Shown: in pieces, positions 19,904-30,573 of the stretch | How positions within the stretch are numbered: the stretch's first letter is position 1 | Layout of the letters: every line of letters starts with the position of its first letter | DNA from: Candidatus Sungiibacteriota bacterium | Lineage (GTDB): Bacteria > Patescibacteriota > Minisyncoccia > Sungbacterales > HO2-52-23 | Assembly: GCA_016432465.1 (NCBI GenBank) | Contig: CP066690.1 | Location: 317,538-381,537 of the forward strand | Reading direction: 5' to 3' | DNA: 64,000 nt | The notes under the pieces: generated by a model | The model's database searches: none | The model's input: only the letters and a program-made list of their open reading frames with translations | What the model was told of the DNA's origin: nothing | Position numbers and translations under genes: made by a program

Positions 19904-22468
19904 ATGTCTGCACGTATAGGTGCTGAAGAGCTAAAAGAAGCCATTACTAAACTCAAGACCCAACCACGTTATTTAAGAGCTCCTTCCGGAAAAAAGGTTC
20001 TTAAAAAAGCAGTTAAGTCCGGACTTGATTGGAAAAAACTAGAAGAACTTTTTGGCAGATCACAATCAGCCATAGAAAAAGCGCTTAGTTATCATGGGGT
20101 TGCCAAGCCCCGTAATAAAACTTCTGATTATAGCGAAGAACAGCTAAAGATTGCAAAAGAAAAATATACTGCATCGTTTTTGGTTGAATCTAAACAGGGG
20201 TCGGCAGAACTTAGCCAACAAATGGTTCAAGCATTAAATGCCCAACGCCTACAGGAAGGTAAAAAAACAGTAAGTCTAAACGCGCTGCGCTGCGCCATAC
20301 ACGATCTTAAGCCCGATTGGAAATGGGGCTGGCCCGCAGCCAAAACAACCGCAACTAGTCCGCGGACTAAGCGGGAAGAAAAACCGCCAGAATTTCTCCA
20401 ACGACGCTGGCCCGAACCGGAAACAATAGAAGTACCACGTGACAAATGGGAACGTCCCGGAGCACGGGTTGCCTATCTTTCTTACAGCGCTTATAGAAAT
20501 AGCGGCTGGCGTCAAGGACTACCGCAGCTAGCCGTAGAAATCGCAGCAAACTACGGCTGTCACTTTCCGGTATTTGCCGGCGGACTGCTTGATAAGGAGT
20601 GGGTTCAAAAAGAGGTTAAAAGGCTGACCGCCAATTTTGGCAGAAGATACGCTGGTGAGATCACGGAGCATGTTAAAGACGAAATCGTTCGGGCGCTATT
20701 GTCCACTCTCCCTAAGTCCAAAAAACCAGACGGAAGCCTAGCGCGCTGGTATTTAATGGCCAGCATCCCTTACGACGGCCCGGAACAGCAGGCAGAGGCA
20801 ATTTTAAGAAGACTGCAGGAGCTGCGCGAAGACGTGAGACAATATAAAACCGGTGGCGAAAGAATAGAGATTAAACAACCAGACGGAAGACCAAGTATTT
20901 GGCATGGTGTGGTGCTTCCCAAAAAAAGACGTCTTTCCTCAAAATATATGAGCGCCAAACCAGAACGGGATATTGAGGACGTTGAAGATCAAACCTCAAG
21001 AGGTTATCCGGATCTTTGGGTGCATGGCACTTCGGCAACGGCCATCTTCAAACCCAGCGGTGAACGCGCGGTGCCCTATATAACTCTTCCGGCTATACAT
21101 AAACTAGAGGCCGAAAAAAAACAAATCGCGGAAAATCAGGTTGGTCTTGCCATTGTTGAGGAAATGCCGGACGGCGACCGTTTAATTCACTGGTGGAGTT
21201 TACGTGACCTCATTGCCCGTGAACGGGGATTTATTACCGGTATAAAAGAGGGCGCAACCGATCTTCACAAAAAAATCGTTGCCATTATAAAACGGGAAGG
21301 GGCACGCCACCCCGGCCGTTTGGCAGATGAACTTGGAATTGACCGGCAAACCCTAAATCAGGAAATTCAATTTCTGGTAGAACCGAAACGCTCCGGCCGC
21401 CTTACTTGGCCGGGACTACAGTATGACGAACACTCTCAACGATATGATTTCCACGGAGACTGGACTCAGGAGATGCTTCGCTATGCCCTACCCAGAGACG
21501 GCGAGGGCTGGCATGAAGATTCTTTTCTATTTTTTGGATGCTTGCATGCAGGATACACCACTACTGACTATGACTTTGTAGTAAAGAACTTCCCTGAAAT
21601 TATTCTTAAATATGGCATTAAGGTTCTGGCGGGGGTTGGTGACTTTATAGCGGGACTCCATCATAGCTTCATGCATAAAGGCGAAATTTTCCAGTTGAAC
21701 AATACCGAGCAGGAACAGTTTGCCGGAGAGATCGTGGCAACCGTAATCTATAAAGTCTTTACGGCCAGATTTGAGGAAGCACTGAAATTATTTGAGGGAC
21801 GAACCCCCACCACGGAAGAAATAACTTCTTTGGTTGATAAATCGCTTCTTCTCTTCCTGATTAAGAAAGGGAACCACGACACGTGGCAGGAATATGACGG
21901 CAATACTGCCCTACAGAAATTCTACGATACGTTAACCGCACTTCTTCCTTACCATCTTCGGGTCTATCTTGCAGGAAAGGGTTTTACTACTATTGATCCT
22001 ACGGCTATTGTCAGAAAAAAAACGGTTCTTGTGCCCGAACACAGGCCCGTCTACACCCTTCCCTCCGGAATAAATGTTGGTTTAACCCACCCCCACATGG
22101 CCCGCGCTGATACCACCTCTTTAAGAGCAGAAAAGGCGCTTAAGTTTTTCGCCCAAAGATACGGATGTCAGGTTGTAGGTGTAGCCAACTTCCACGTTGC
22201 AGTTTGCGCCCATAAATGGTGGCCTAAAAACGGACAGTGTGTTGTCATGCAAACGGGAACCGAGGTCATCCTTACAGACTTTGAGTATAACAAGCTGAAG
22301 GGTCTTGACTTCGGACCGCTACTCCTTAAAACACTTTCTTATAAAGGAAGAATTTACAGAACAACAATGGCGGCCTTTAATAAGCCGCTGCTTACTGAAG
22401 AGGAAATTCCGCCAAAATGGACGGACGTGACGAAACTCAAGAAGAGACTGGGACTTCTGGGATATTAG
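19904..22468 (+). CDS. large protein with tandem calcineurin-like metallophosphoesterase modules and an HTH
   Basis: C-terminal CLH, GD, GNHD, HPH, NFH motifs; central HPGRLADELGIDRQTLNQEI HTH. Confidence 0.6.
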   Translation: MSARIGAEELKEAITKLKTQPRYLRAPSGKKVLKKAVKSGLDWKKLEELFGRSQSAIEKALSYHGVAKPRNKTSDYSEEQLKIAKEKYTASFLVESKQGSAELSQQMVQALNAQRLQEGKKTVSLNALRCAIHDLKPDWKWGWPAAKTTATSPRTKREEKPPEFLQRRWPEPETIEVPRDKWERPGARVAYLSYSAYRNSGWRQGLPQLAVEIAANYGCHFPVFAGGLLDKEWVQKEVKRLTANFGRRYAGEITEHVKDEIVRALLSTLPKSKKPDGSLARWYLMASIPYDGPEQQAEAILRRLQELREDVRQYKTGGERIEIKQPDGRPSIWHGVVLPKKRRLSSKYMSAKPERDIEDVEDQTSRGYPDLWVHGTSATAIFKPSGERAVPYITLPAIHKLEAEKKQIAENQVGLAIVEEMPDGDRLIHWWSLRDLIARERGFITGIKEGATDLHKKIVAIIKREGARHPGRLADELGIDRQTLNQEIQFLVEPKRSGRLTWPGLQYDEHSQRYDFHGDWTQEMLRYALPRDGEGWHEDSFLFFGCLHAGYTTTDYDFVVKNFPEIILKYGIKVLAGVGDFIAGLHHSFMHKGEIFQLNNTEQEQFAGEIVATVIYKVFTARFEEALKLFEGRTPTTEEITSLVDKSLLLFLIKKGNHDTWQEYDGNTALQKFYDTLTALLPYHLRVYLAGKGFTTIDPTAIVRKKTVLVPEHRPVYTLPSGINVGLTHPHMARADTTSLRAEKALKFFAQRYGCQVVGVANFHVAVCAHKWWPKNGQCVVMQTGTEVILTDFEYNKLKGLDFGPLLLKTLSYKGRIYRTTMAAFNKPLLTEEEIPPKWTDVTKLKKRLGLLGY

Positions 22469-22575
22469 TTCAAAACAAAAACCCCCTCGGGGGTTTTTCC
22501 ATTTGGATTTGATAAAAACAGCAACTTATGCCTATAGTAGACCTAGACTTTTGAAATCATGAAAGGTGGTTGTTT

Positions 22576-24999
22576 ATGGCTCGTAAAAATAAGGGCCCCG
22601 GACGAGGCGGTGGCGCGCCTCCGCAAAACATTCTTCCCTGTATCTGGGCGTACGCACCCGTCTACTTTCCCGGTGCCGACCTCAAAATTTCAGTCAAGAA
22701 AAATCAGGAACTTATAGAAAGACTAACGGAATCGCCGTATATCATTGTTGCCAACGTAAGAGAAGAAGCGCAGGAAGACGCAGACGAAAATTTCCTACAG
22801 GTAAGTATTCTAGCAAAAGTGCTGCGGTTTAGCGAACAAAACAGCGCACTTATAATAGACCTTCGACTAAAAAAAAGAATAGCAATCGTGGGCTGGCCAA
22901 CAGCTAACATACTAAGACTGGCAGAGTGGGAAGACGTGTACGAAGAAAAACCAACGGAAGAGAATATGCAAAACCCGGAAGTTACCGCCAAAATCCTGAA
23001 ATTAATTGAGGCGCCAGCCCGCATACGTGAACTACCCCCAAGAATGCCAAGCGATTGGTTCAGTAAAGGAAGCCTGAACTCAACCATAGATCTCCTGGCC
23101 TATCTTCTTAACCTGCGGCGCTCCTCGCGTGTAATCACGAGGCTCCACGAAATTCTGGAGGAACTTAACATTATAAAAAGACTAGATCTCCTCGTCAAAC
23201 TTCTAGACGACATGGCTGCGCTGCCAGACAACTTCAAACCAGACCACCCGGCGGCCCAAACCAAGACGCCGGATACACCAAGCGGCGCTAGTGAGAACAG
23301 CCCGCAAAAAAGATACGAACAAATCAAGGATAAATTGCCGGAAGAGGCACGGAAAGAGATTGAAAAAGAGTTAGCCAGACTACGCCGGGGTATGCATCCA
23401 TCCGAAGCTTCCATGACCATGGACCACTTGGATCTTTTACTATGGCTACCTTGGGAAGTTTATACCGAAGATACAAAAGACCTGCGCGAAGTAAAAAAAA
23501 GTCTGGACGAAGACCACTGGGGCTTAGAAGATGTTAAAGAAAGAATACTGGAATTTCTGGCCGTAAGGCAGCTTAATCCTTCCGCCAAATCACCAATTCT
23601 TTGTTTTGTCGGACCGCCGGGTGTTGGAAAAACATCACTGGGACAGTCAATTGCGCACGCCCTCGGAAGAAAATTTGCGAGTCTCGCTTTAGGCGGCATG
23701 AGAGACGAGGCCGAAATCAGAGGACACGGCGGCACTTATATAAACGCTAAACCCGGCAAAATCATTGAAGAACTTTTAAGATGCGGCAGTGCCAACCCGG
23801 TATTTATGCTGGACGAAATTGATAAGGTTGGGCAGGACTGGCGAGGGGACCCGGCCGCGGCACTGCTGGAAGCACTAGACCCGGAACAGAACCACAGATT
23901 TTACGATCGGTATCTTAATGTTCGTTTTAATCTGTCACGGGTTCTGTTTATTACTACGGCCAATATCGTGGATACCATAGTTCCGGCATTGATAGACCGA
24001 ATGGAAATTATTGAACTCCCGGGCTATACGCCGCTGGAAAAACTAAAAATTGCGCAGCAACATTTGATAAAAAGAAGGAGAAAAGAAAACGGGTTCCCGG
24101 TAAAACTGGAGGATGGCAGTTTTGTGGATTTAAATTTCTCGGACGGAGCAGTATTAAAACTTATTCACCAGTATACCCAGGAGGCTGGGGTAAGAAATCT
24201 GGAACGGGAAATTGATGAACCATTCCGCAAAATAGCCAAAGAGATACTGATGGGCGAAATCCCATCCCAACATACAGTAGATATTACCAAACAAAATCTC
24301 CATATTTACTGCGGGAATCCGCCATTAGTAGAGCGTCAAGTGCCAGATACGCTGCCGCCGGGTGTGGTACCGATTCTAGCCGTATCTGATGCGGGTGGCC
24401 ACGTGTTTGAGGCAGAGGTAGAAAAAGGGTTTCACGCTGGCGGAAGAAAGATCACTATTACCGGTGTACGGGAATCGTTGGAATCAAAGGAGTCTGTAAA
24501 TAAAATAGAAGAGTCGTTAAAAATTGCGTTTGATGCCTTAACGATGTGCGGAAGAATACTCTTTGAACGTACGAGAGAACTTGAACAAGACGGCCCGCTC
24601 TTTGTCAGAGGTAACATAACTAACGGCGGAATACCCAAAGACGGCCCTTCAGCCGGCGTATCGCTTTGGTTAGCAACTTACGGCGCCCTTACCGGACAAT
24701 CGGTCAAACCAACCAAAGATACTCCCCTGCTGGCCGCCACCGGAGAAATCACGCTAAATCTAAATATGGTTCGCGTTATTGGCGGCATCCGTGACAAAAT
24801 TTTGGCGGCGCACCGATACGGCATTAAAAAACTTATCATCCCCAAAGATAACGAACCCGAACTTGAGGACGTTCCCAGAGAAATACTGGATGAGGTGGAA
24901 ATAATCCCGGTACAATCAATGCTGGAAGCGCTGGCCGTTGCTTACCCCGACGACCAACGCATAAAAAAATATATTGAAAAAGCACAGCAAGGCTCGTAA
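22576..24999 (+). CDS. lon: ATP-dependent Lon protease
   Basis: GPPGVGKT, MLDEIDK, PKDGPSAG (Ser), GGIRDKILAA (Lys). Confidence 0.93.
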   Translation: MARKNKGPGRGGGAPPQNILPCIWAYAPVYFPGADLKISVKKNQELIERLTESPYIIVANVREEAQEDADENFLQVSILAKVLRFSEQNSALIIDLRLKKRIAIVGWPTANILRLAEWEDVYEEKPTEENMQNPEVTAKILKLIEAPARIRELPPRMPSDWFSKGSLNSTIDLLAYLLNLRRSSRVITRLHEILEELNIIKRLDLLVKLLDDMAALPDNFKPDHPAAQTKTPDTPSGASENSPQKRYEQIKDKLPEEARKEIEKELARLRRGMHPSEASMTMDHLDLLLWLPWEVYTEDTKDLREVKKSLDEDHWGLEDVKERILEFLAVRQLNPSAKSPILCFVGPPGVGKTSLGQSIAHALGRKFASLALGGMRDEAEIRGHGGTYINAKPGKIIEELLRCGSANPVFMLDEIDKVGQDWRGDPAAALLEALDPEQNHRFYDRYLNVRFNLSRVLFITTANIVDTIVPALIDRMEIIELPGYTPLEKLKIAQQHLIKRRRKENGFPVKLEDGSFVDLNFSDGAVLKLIHQYTQEAGVRNLEREIDEPFRKIAKEILMGEIPSQHTVDITKQNLHIYCGNPPLVERQVPDTLPPGVVPILAVSDAGGHVFEAEVEKGFHAGGRKITITGVRESLESKESVNKIEESLKIAFDALTMCGRILFERTRELEQDGPLFVRGNITNGGIPKDGPSAGVSLWLATYGALTGQSVKPTKDTPLLAATGEITLNLNMVRVIGGIRDKILAAHRYGIKKLIIPKDNEPELEDVPREILDEVEIIPVQSMLEALAVAYPDDQRIKKYIEKAQQGS

Positions 25000-25031
25000 C
25001 GAGCCTTGTTTTTTGTTAAGATAACAAAATC

Positions 25032-26690
25032 ATGACGTTCAAAAACCGTAAAGAAGCGGGGGAAAAATTAGCAGAAGCGCTCTTAGGCTTCAAAAACGCC
25101 AAGAATACACTTGTCCTTGCGCTGCCGCGTGGAGGAGTTGTGGTTGGGTACGAAATTTCGCAGGCTCTCAATTTACCGCTTGATATTGTGGTACCGCGCA
25201 AAATTGGTGCGCCCTCTGACCCGGAGTATGCCATTGGCGCAATTACTGAAAGCGGAGAAGGAATTTTTAATACCCGGGAACTAGCCGGCATTGACCAAGA
25301 CTGGTTTAAAAAAGAAGTTGAAAAAGAGAAAAAAGAGGCGGAGCGCAGACTCAAGCTTTATCGCGGCAATCGTCCTTACTCCCAGCTTTTAGGAAAAATA
25401 GTAATTATCGTTGATGACGGAGTAGCGACGGGATACACCATGCGTGCGGCCCTTAAATCAGTACGCGGCCAAAAACCACAAAAAATAATTGTCGCAGTGC
25501 CGCATGGAGCCAAAGATTCACTGGAACAATTGCGTAAAGAAGCCGACGAGGTAATTTCTCTGATTGAGCCGGAGTGGTACGGAGCAGTTGGAATGTTTTA
25601 CGAAGAATTTCCTCAAACTACTGACAAGGAAGTAATTCAACTTTTAGGCGGAGTCGGGCGCAAAGAAACGCTCACAATCAAACATGACGAAAAAAGGAGT
25701 ATAAAATTTAGAGTATTTATCTTAATACTTATTGCGGCCGCGGGTTTAATTATAAATGAAGTCTACTTACCTCACACCAAATTTCTCAATGCCCAAACAG
25801 TAGAAATAGCGCCCGGTCTTGGCCCACGTAAAATTGCGGAGCTTCTTAAACAAAACGGCGTCATAAGATCAAGGTGGACTTTTATACTCTATACAGCACT
25901 AACCGGTCGGGCCTCTGACCTTAAACCCGGAAATTACGTATTCTTTAATTCTGCCGCAATCCCATCTGTTGTCCGTGACCTTGTACGCGGCGGAACTAAC
26001 GAGATCGCGCTTACTATTCCAGAGGGATGGAGCACTAAAGATATTGCCCGTTATCTGGAAAGTCGGGGGCTTGGAACCTACCACGATCTCCTAAAACTTA
26101 TATCTGTCCAGCCTCCGGGGTTGGACAAATTTGACTTTCTTAAAGATAAACCAAAAAACGCCGGACTTGAGGGGTATCTTTTTCCTGACACCTATAGAGT
26201 TTTTAAAAACGCAGTGCCGGAAGACATTGTGGTAAAAATGCTTGAAAATTTTGATAAAAAGCTGGGGCCGGAGCTACGTCAAGAAATTTCCCGCCAAGGA
26301 AAAACTACTTTTGAAATTATAACTACGGCCTCGCTCATTGAAAAAGAAGTGGTCTCGGACGAAGATCGCGCGCTAGTTTCGGGGATTCTTTGGAAACGGC
26401 TTGAAACTGGAGTTGGACTTCAGGTGGATGCAACCATAAATTATATCACCGGTAAAAAAACTACAAAAATTTCACGGGAGGAAACCCAAATTGACTCACT
26501 ATATAACACCTATAAATACCGCGGCCTTCCTCCGGGGCCAATTGCCAACCCCGGCCTTTCCGCTATCCGCGCGGCTATTTATCCCCAAGAGTCGCCGTAT
26601 CTTTATTATCTTTCCACACCCAACGGACAAACCATATTTTCAACAACGCTAGAAGAACACAATCTTGCTAAGGCAAAATATCTAAAATGA
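25032..26690 (+). CDS. mltG: fusion of a phosphoribosyltransferase domain and endolytic transglycosylase MltG
   Basis: LALPRGGV and IIVDDGVATG in N-half; TM; TIPEG, LEGYLFPDTY, ASLIEKE, YNTYKYRGLPPGPIANPG in C-half. Confidence 0.85.
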   Translation: MTFKNRKEAGEKLAEALLGFKNAKNTLVLALPRGGVVVGYEISQALNLPLDIVVPRKIGAPSDPEYAIGAITESGEGIFNTRELAGIDQDWFKKEVEKEKKEAERRLKLYRGNRPYSQLLGKIVIIVDDGVATGYTMRAALKSVRGQKPQKIIVAVPHGAKDSLEQLRKEADEVISLIEPEWYGAVGMFYEEFPQTTDKEVIQLLGGVGRKETLTIKHDEKRSIKFRVFILILIAAAGLIINEVYLPHTKFLNAQTVEIAPGLGPRKIAELLKQNGVIRSRWTFILYTALTGRASDLKPGNYVFFNSAAIPSVVRDLVRGGTNEIALTIPEGWSTKDIARYLESRGLGTYHDLLKLISVQPPGLDKFDFLKDKPKNAGLEGYLFPDTYRVFKNAVPEDIVVKMLENFDKKLGPELRQEISRQGKTTFEIITTASLIEKEVVSDEDRALVSGILWKRLETGVGLQVDATINYITGKKTTKISREETQIDSLYNTYKYRGLPPGPIANPGLSAIRAAIYPQESPYLYYLSTPNGQTIFSTTLEEHNLAKAKYLK

Positions 26691-26828
26691 AGCTCTCTGT
26701 GTCAAAAACGCGGAGTATCTTGATTAGTACAAAAAAATTAGAGGGTGGGTCATACTGACCTACCCTCTAGTTCAATTTCCTTCAGAAAACTATCAATCCA
26801 ATCGGCCTTTTCTTCGGGCCGAGCAAAT

Positions 26829-27047
26829 TTATCGGGCATTCTTTATAGCGTCGCAAAGGACCGCCCTGCCGACCCTCAGTGTATAATACGCCAAACACGC
26901 GTTGAAAACAAAAACACCACTATTACAAAATGCGGCTGATTCGTCCCGCATTACTAACACGGTTTCTCCGGCCTTAAACTCTTTTCCGCAAGTTGAACAC
27001 TTGGTAAGGGTTGGTTTCTCCCAAGGCGGATATCTTTCCTCCACCAC
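26829..27047 (-). CDS. small hypothetical protein with Cys pairs
   Basis: CSTC...FC...C; purine-rich RBS. Confidence 0.45.
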   Translation of the reverse strand: MVEERYPPWEKPTLTKCSTCGKEFKAGETVLVMRDESAAFCNSGVFVFNACLAYYTLRVGRAVLCDAIKNAR

Positions 27048-27080
27048 CCCTTTCTCCCTTCTCCCTAAGTAGGACTACGT

Positions 27081-27220
27081 AAATGAAGCTCCACGGGCAA
27101 GCCCGTGGTATCCACGGTTACACTTATCAAGCCTGCGGGCTTGCCCGTGAAGCGAAATCCCGCACCGAAGACCACCATTCATCCACGGGCAAGCCCGTGG
27201 TCTTCTGGTGCGTGGATAAA
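27081..27220. mobile_element. non-autonomous IS200/IS605-like palindromic element (PATE-like)
   Basis: two identical subterminal hairpins CCACGGGCAAGCCCGTGG at 27091 and 27183; no ORF. Confidence 0.6.
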
Positions 27221-27239
27221 ACAAGGCGGCTAGTATGCT

Positions 27240-27491
27240 CTATTCAACAGTTATGAATGTAACTTCTTGCGCCCTGATAATTTCTGTTCCGGTTGAATCA
27301 ACGACCTCCACCTCCGCCCATTTAATGAAGGTGGATGGAGACCTCCACTGATTAATCGCGCAACCTGTGATCCTAGCGAATTTCCTAATCGCATCGGACG
27401 CAGTAAAAACATGTCTTGAACTTAGGATAACAATTATTGGTGTCTCTGTGTCGTGGGCCTTACCCGCTTTATAGATTACAAAACCTTTCAT
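27240..27491 (-). CDS. hypothetical protein
   Basis: 83-aa ORF with a G-rich RBS. Confidence 0.5.
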   Translation of the reverse strand: MKGFVIYKAGKAHDTETPIIVILSSRHVFTASDAIRKFARITGCAINQWRSPSTFIKWAEVEVVDSTGTEIIRAQEVTFITVE

Positions 27492-27628
27492 CGCCTACCC
27501 CCCCTTCTGTCTACCTCAAACTTACCACATTATCAAAATCTTGTCAATATTGACAAACAGTTGACAGAATCCTTACACTGTGCTACTAATCTCAATTGGT
27601 TAGGCACCTTGATATCAAAGGAGCAGCT

Positions 27629-28360
27629 ATGTGGTTTATCGTAAAAGAATGGCTTACCTATACTTTTGGCAACCTTTTTGGATTTATGGAGTATCTGGAC
27701 AAGGTTTTTGTCTTTTGGACGTTTCTTGCAATTGCTATAGCCAGCGGAGGTCTTCTGCTAGCGACGTTTATTATTGGCGAGGTTAGCGAGCTTTTGGGTG
27801 ATATTTTTGGGGGAGCCGGAGATACTGACCACGACCTTGGCCACGGGGCTGACACTGACGTCGGTGCAGACCACGATGTTGATCATGACTTTGGACATCT
27901 GGACTCTGACATGGCCGGACTCTCCAGTCCTTCTTTTCTCTCTTTCAGAATACTGCTTGCCTTTTTTGCCGGCTTTGGAGTAACTGGTGCCATTGCTACC
28001 CACTACAAAGAGGCAGTAATCGTCAGCAGTCTTTACGGACTTGCGGTTGGAACAGTATTGATGATCCTGATGTATTTATTTGTGGCTCTTCTTGCCTCGC
28101 AACAAGCCTCATTCAACGTCAGCGAAAAAGACTTTATTGGAAAAGAGGGATACGTAACTGTAGAAGTACCCATAGGAGGCCTCGGACAAGTCCTGCTTGA
28201 TACTGGTGCTGGTTCTATTACCAAGCTTTGCCGGGCCATAAACGACGAACTAATTCCGGAAAGAAGCGTTGTTAAGATAGAAAGGACGTTGGGAGGAGTT
28301 GTATTAGTAAGCAGAGTCAAAACCGACCCCGTTGGCCAAGAGAAACGTCCCACCCCTTAA
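27629..28360 (+). CDS. NfeD-like / YqiJ-like membrane protein
   Basis: TM helices, D/H-rich loop, C-terminal OB (FIGKEGYVTVEVPIGGLGQV); precedes flotillin. Confidence 0.8.
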   Translation: MWFIVKEWLTYTFGNLFGFMEYLDKVFVFWTFLAIAIASGGLLLATFIIGEVSELLGDIFGGAGDTDHDLGHGADTDVGADHDVDHDFGHLDSDMAGLSSPSFLSFRILLAFFAGFGVTGAIATHYKEAVIVSSLYGLAVGTVLMILMYLFVALLASQQASFNVSEKDFIGKEGYVTVEVPIGGLGQVLLDTGAGSITKLCRAINDELIPERSVVKIERTLGGVVLVSRVKTDPVGQEKRPTP

Positions 28361-28420
28361 GGGGTGGGACCGCAACGGGCCCCTCGCCAAAAAAGGCGAG
28401 ACCAGCAAAAGGAGGCTTGA

Positions 28421-30019
28421 ATGTTTGGATCGTTTCTGATACCGCTTCTCATTGTATTTGGGGCCTTCTCTTTCTTTGCCGGCCTTGCACTCTGGGCAAA
28501 GAGATTTTACAAGATCCCTCCTGACAAGGTAGCCATCATTACCGGTAGAAAAAGGCGGCTGGGAGAAGGCAAAGACGCCAAAGTAGTTGGTTACCGACTC
28601 GTACGCGGTGGCGCAACCTTTGTCTGGCCTGTTCGCGAAACCATTATGTATTTGCCGCTTAATCTTATTACCATTATGGTTGATGTCTCGAAAGCTTTTA
28701 ACAAAGATCTCGTACCGGTTTCTGTAGATGCGGTGGCTAACGTTAAGATCAAAGGCGAAGACACTGCCATTGCTAACGCGGTGGAATGTTTTTTGACCAA
28801 ACCTAACGAAGTTGAAAGCACGGTAAAACAGACACTGGAAGGACATCTCCGTTCAATTATAGGTACTCTTACTATTGAGGAGCTAAACTCTGACCGGAAA
28901 GCATTTTCTCAACGAGTTACTGAAGAGGCGGTGGTGGACCTTGAAAAAATGGGGATTGGTATAAACAGCATTGTTATCAAGAAAATTTCTGATGACCAAG
29001 GTTACCTGGAATCCCTCGGTAGAAAACGTACAGCTGAAGTAAAACGCGATGCCGACATTGGCGTTGCGGAGGCAGAGGCGGACGCTAAGAAAAAGACTAC
29101 AGATGCAGCTCGCGCTGCAGCAGAAATTGCTGCCGAAAACGAACGCCAGATTGCCGAGGCGCAAAAGAAGCTGGAAGTGCAAAGAGCAACCTATCAAGCG
29201 GAGATCAACAAAGAAAGGGCCACCGCAGAACAGGCTGGCCCCAGAGCCAAAGCCGAGGCAGAAAAAAGTGTCTTTGTCGCAATGGAAAATGCCAAAGCAG
29301 CTCAAGCTGGAGCTGCTGCAGACTACGAAAAACAGGAAGCGGGGCGCCGCGAACAGGCGCTTGTGGCTACGATTATAAAACAGGCTGATGCCGAGCGACA
29401 AGCAACAATTCTTGAGGCCGAAGGCAAAGCTGTCGCCAAAGTAAAAACCGCAGATGCGGAGAAACAGGCAGCAGAACTGGAAGCAGAAGGTAAAGCAGCC
29501 CTAGTCAAGCGTGCAGGTGAAGCTGAGGCTGAAGCTAACAGGGCCAAACTTCTGGCTGAAGCTGATGGTACAAAGGCCAAACTTCTGGCTGAAGCTGAAG
29601 GTATAAAGGCCAAACTTCTGGCTGAAGCCGAAGGTAAAGAGAAGTTGGCCGAGGCCCTAAAGAAACTGGATGAAGCCGGCCGGATGCTGTTTATCATGGA
29701 AAAATCGCCGGAAGTAATCACTGCGGTTGGAGAAGCTGGCGGTCAAGTAGCGCGCGGTATTTTTGAACCGCTGGGTGCATCGCTAGGGGCCATTGACAGC
29801 ATCAACGTATACGACTCTGGGGGTGGAAACGGCAGTGGTAAAACTGCAGTGGAAAGAATGACCAGTATTATCCCGGGTATAGTTTTTGACTTTCTGGCCA
29901 AAGCCAAGGCCAACGGCCTGCCCGAACTTGCCAGTCTGGTTACTAATGCTCTTCAGAGTATGAACGTCAGGGTGGAAAAAGATACAGAAGAGCCCCGGCC
30001 AGTTGAGGGTCAACAGTAA
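28421..30019 (+). CDS. flotillin family SPFH protein
   Basis: GGATFVWP, TLEGHLRSIIGTLTIEE, AEA-rich coiled coil. Confidence 0.92.
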   Translation: MFGSFLIPLLIVFGAFSFFAGLALWAKRFYKIPPDKVAIITGRKRRLGEGKDAKVVGYRLVRGGATFVWPVRETIMYLPLNLITIMVDVSKAFNKDLVPVSVDAVANVKIKGEDTAIANAVECFLTKPNEVESTVKQTLEGHLRSIIGTLTIEELNSDRKAFSQRVTEEAVVDLEKMGIGINSIVIKKISDDQGYLESLGRKRTAEVKRDADIGVAEAEADAKKKTTDAARAAAEIAAENERQIAEAQKKLEVQRATYQAEINKERATAEQAGPRAKAEAEKSVFVAMENAKAAQAGAAADYEKQEAGRREQALVATIIKQADAERQATILEAEGKAVAKVKTADAEKQAAELEAEGKAALVKRAGEAEAEANRAKLLAEADGTKAKLLAEAEGIKAKLLAEAEGKEKLAEALKKLDEAGRMLFIMEKSPEVITAVGEAGGQVARGIFEPLGASLGAIDSINVYDSGGGNGSGKTAVERMTSIIPGIVFDFLAKAKANGLPELASLVTNALQSMNVRVEKDTEEPRPVEGQQ

Positions 30020-30020
30020 A

Positions 30021-30539
30021 ATGACAGAACCCGCTATACAGGAAAGGCACCAAGATCCGTCAAACAAAAAGGCACAAAGATACTACCCCCTAAACGACAG
30101 TGCAAAGATTGATGCCGTAGTTGTTCACTGCTCTGATCCGCGTTTTCAGGAAGCATTTAGACGCTTTATAAAAGAGGAACTTAAAATGGAGCATCCTGCA
30201 CCACTTGTTGTCCCGGGCAGTATAAGCTCTGTGGGACTTGAACTTGCTATGCCCAAACACTTGAAAACCCTTAAAGATCAGGTTGCATTTATGCTAAAGC
30301 ACGGAGAACGGCCGCGCCTTGTACTTATAAACCACGAAGATTGTCGCGCCTATGCAGCCTTCCATGGAAAACTGATGCATCTTCTGCTAAATAGACAGCT
30401 TGCTGACCTTAGAAAAGCTGCACAGATCTTTCAAAAGATTGTTCCTACTCTAAGCAACTTACCGATTTCGGTGTATATGGCCAGACTGGACGATAAAAAG
30501 CCGCCCGAGGAGCGGGTATACTTTGAAAAAATAGTCTAA
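30021..30539 (+). CDS. beta-carbonic anhydrase-like protein
   Basis: HCSDPRF and NHEDCRAY zinc ligands. Confidence 0.75.
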   Translation: MTEPAIQERHQDPSNKKAQRYYPLNDSAKIDAVVVHCSDPRFQEAFRRFIKEELKMEHPAPLVVPGSISSVGLELAMPKHLKTLKDQVAFMLKHGERPRLVLINHEDCRAYAAFHGKLMHLLLNRQLADLRKAAQIFQKIVPTLSNLPISVYMARLDDKKPPEERVYFEKIV

Positions 30540-30573
30540 ATAAAAAGAATGGGTCGTTTGACCCATTTTGTTT

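Noticed and set aside
29541-29638. Three 33-bp direct repeats (possible CRISPR)
   Set aside because: They are contiguous in-frame AKLLAEAxG repeats within flotillin, with no spacers.
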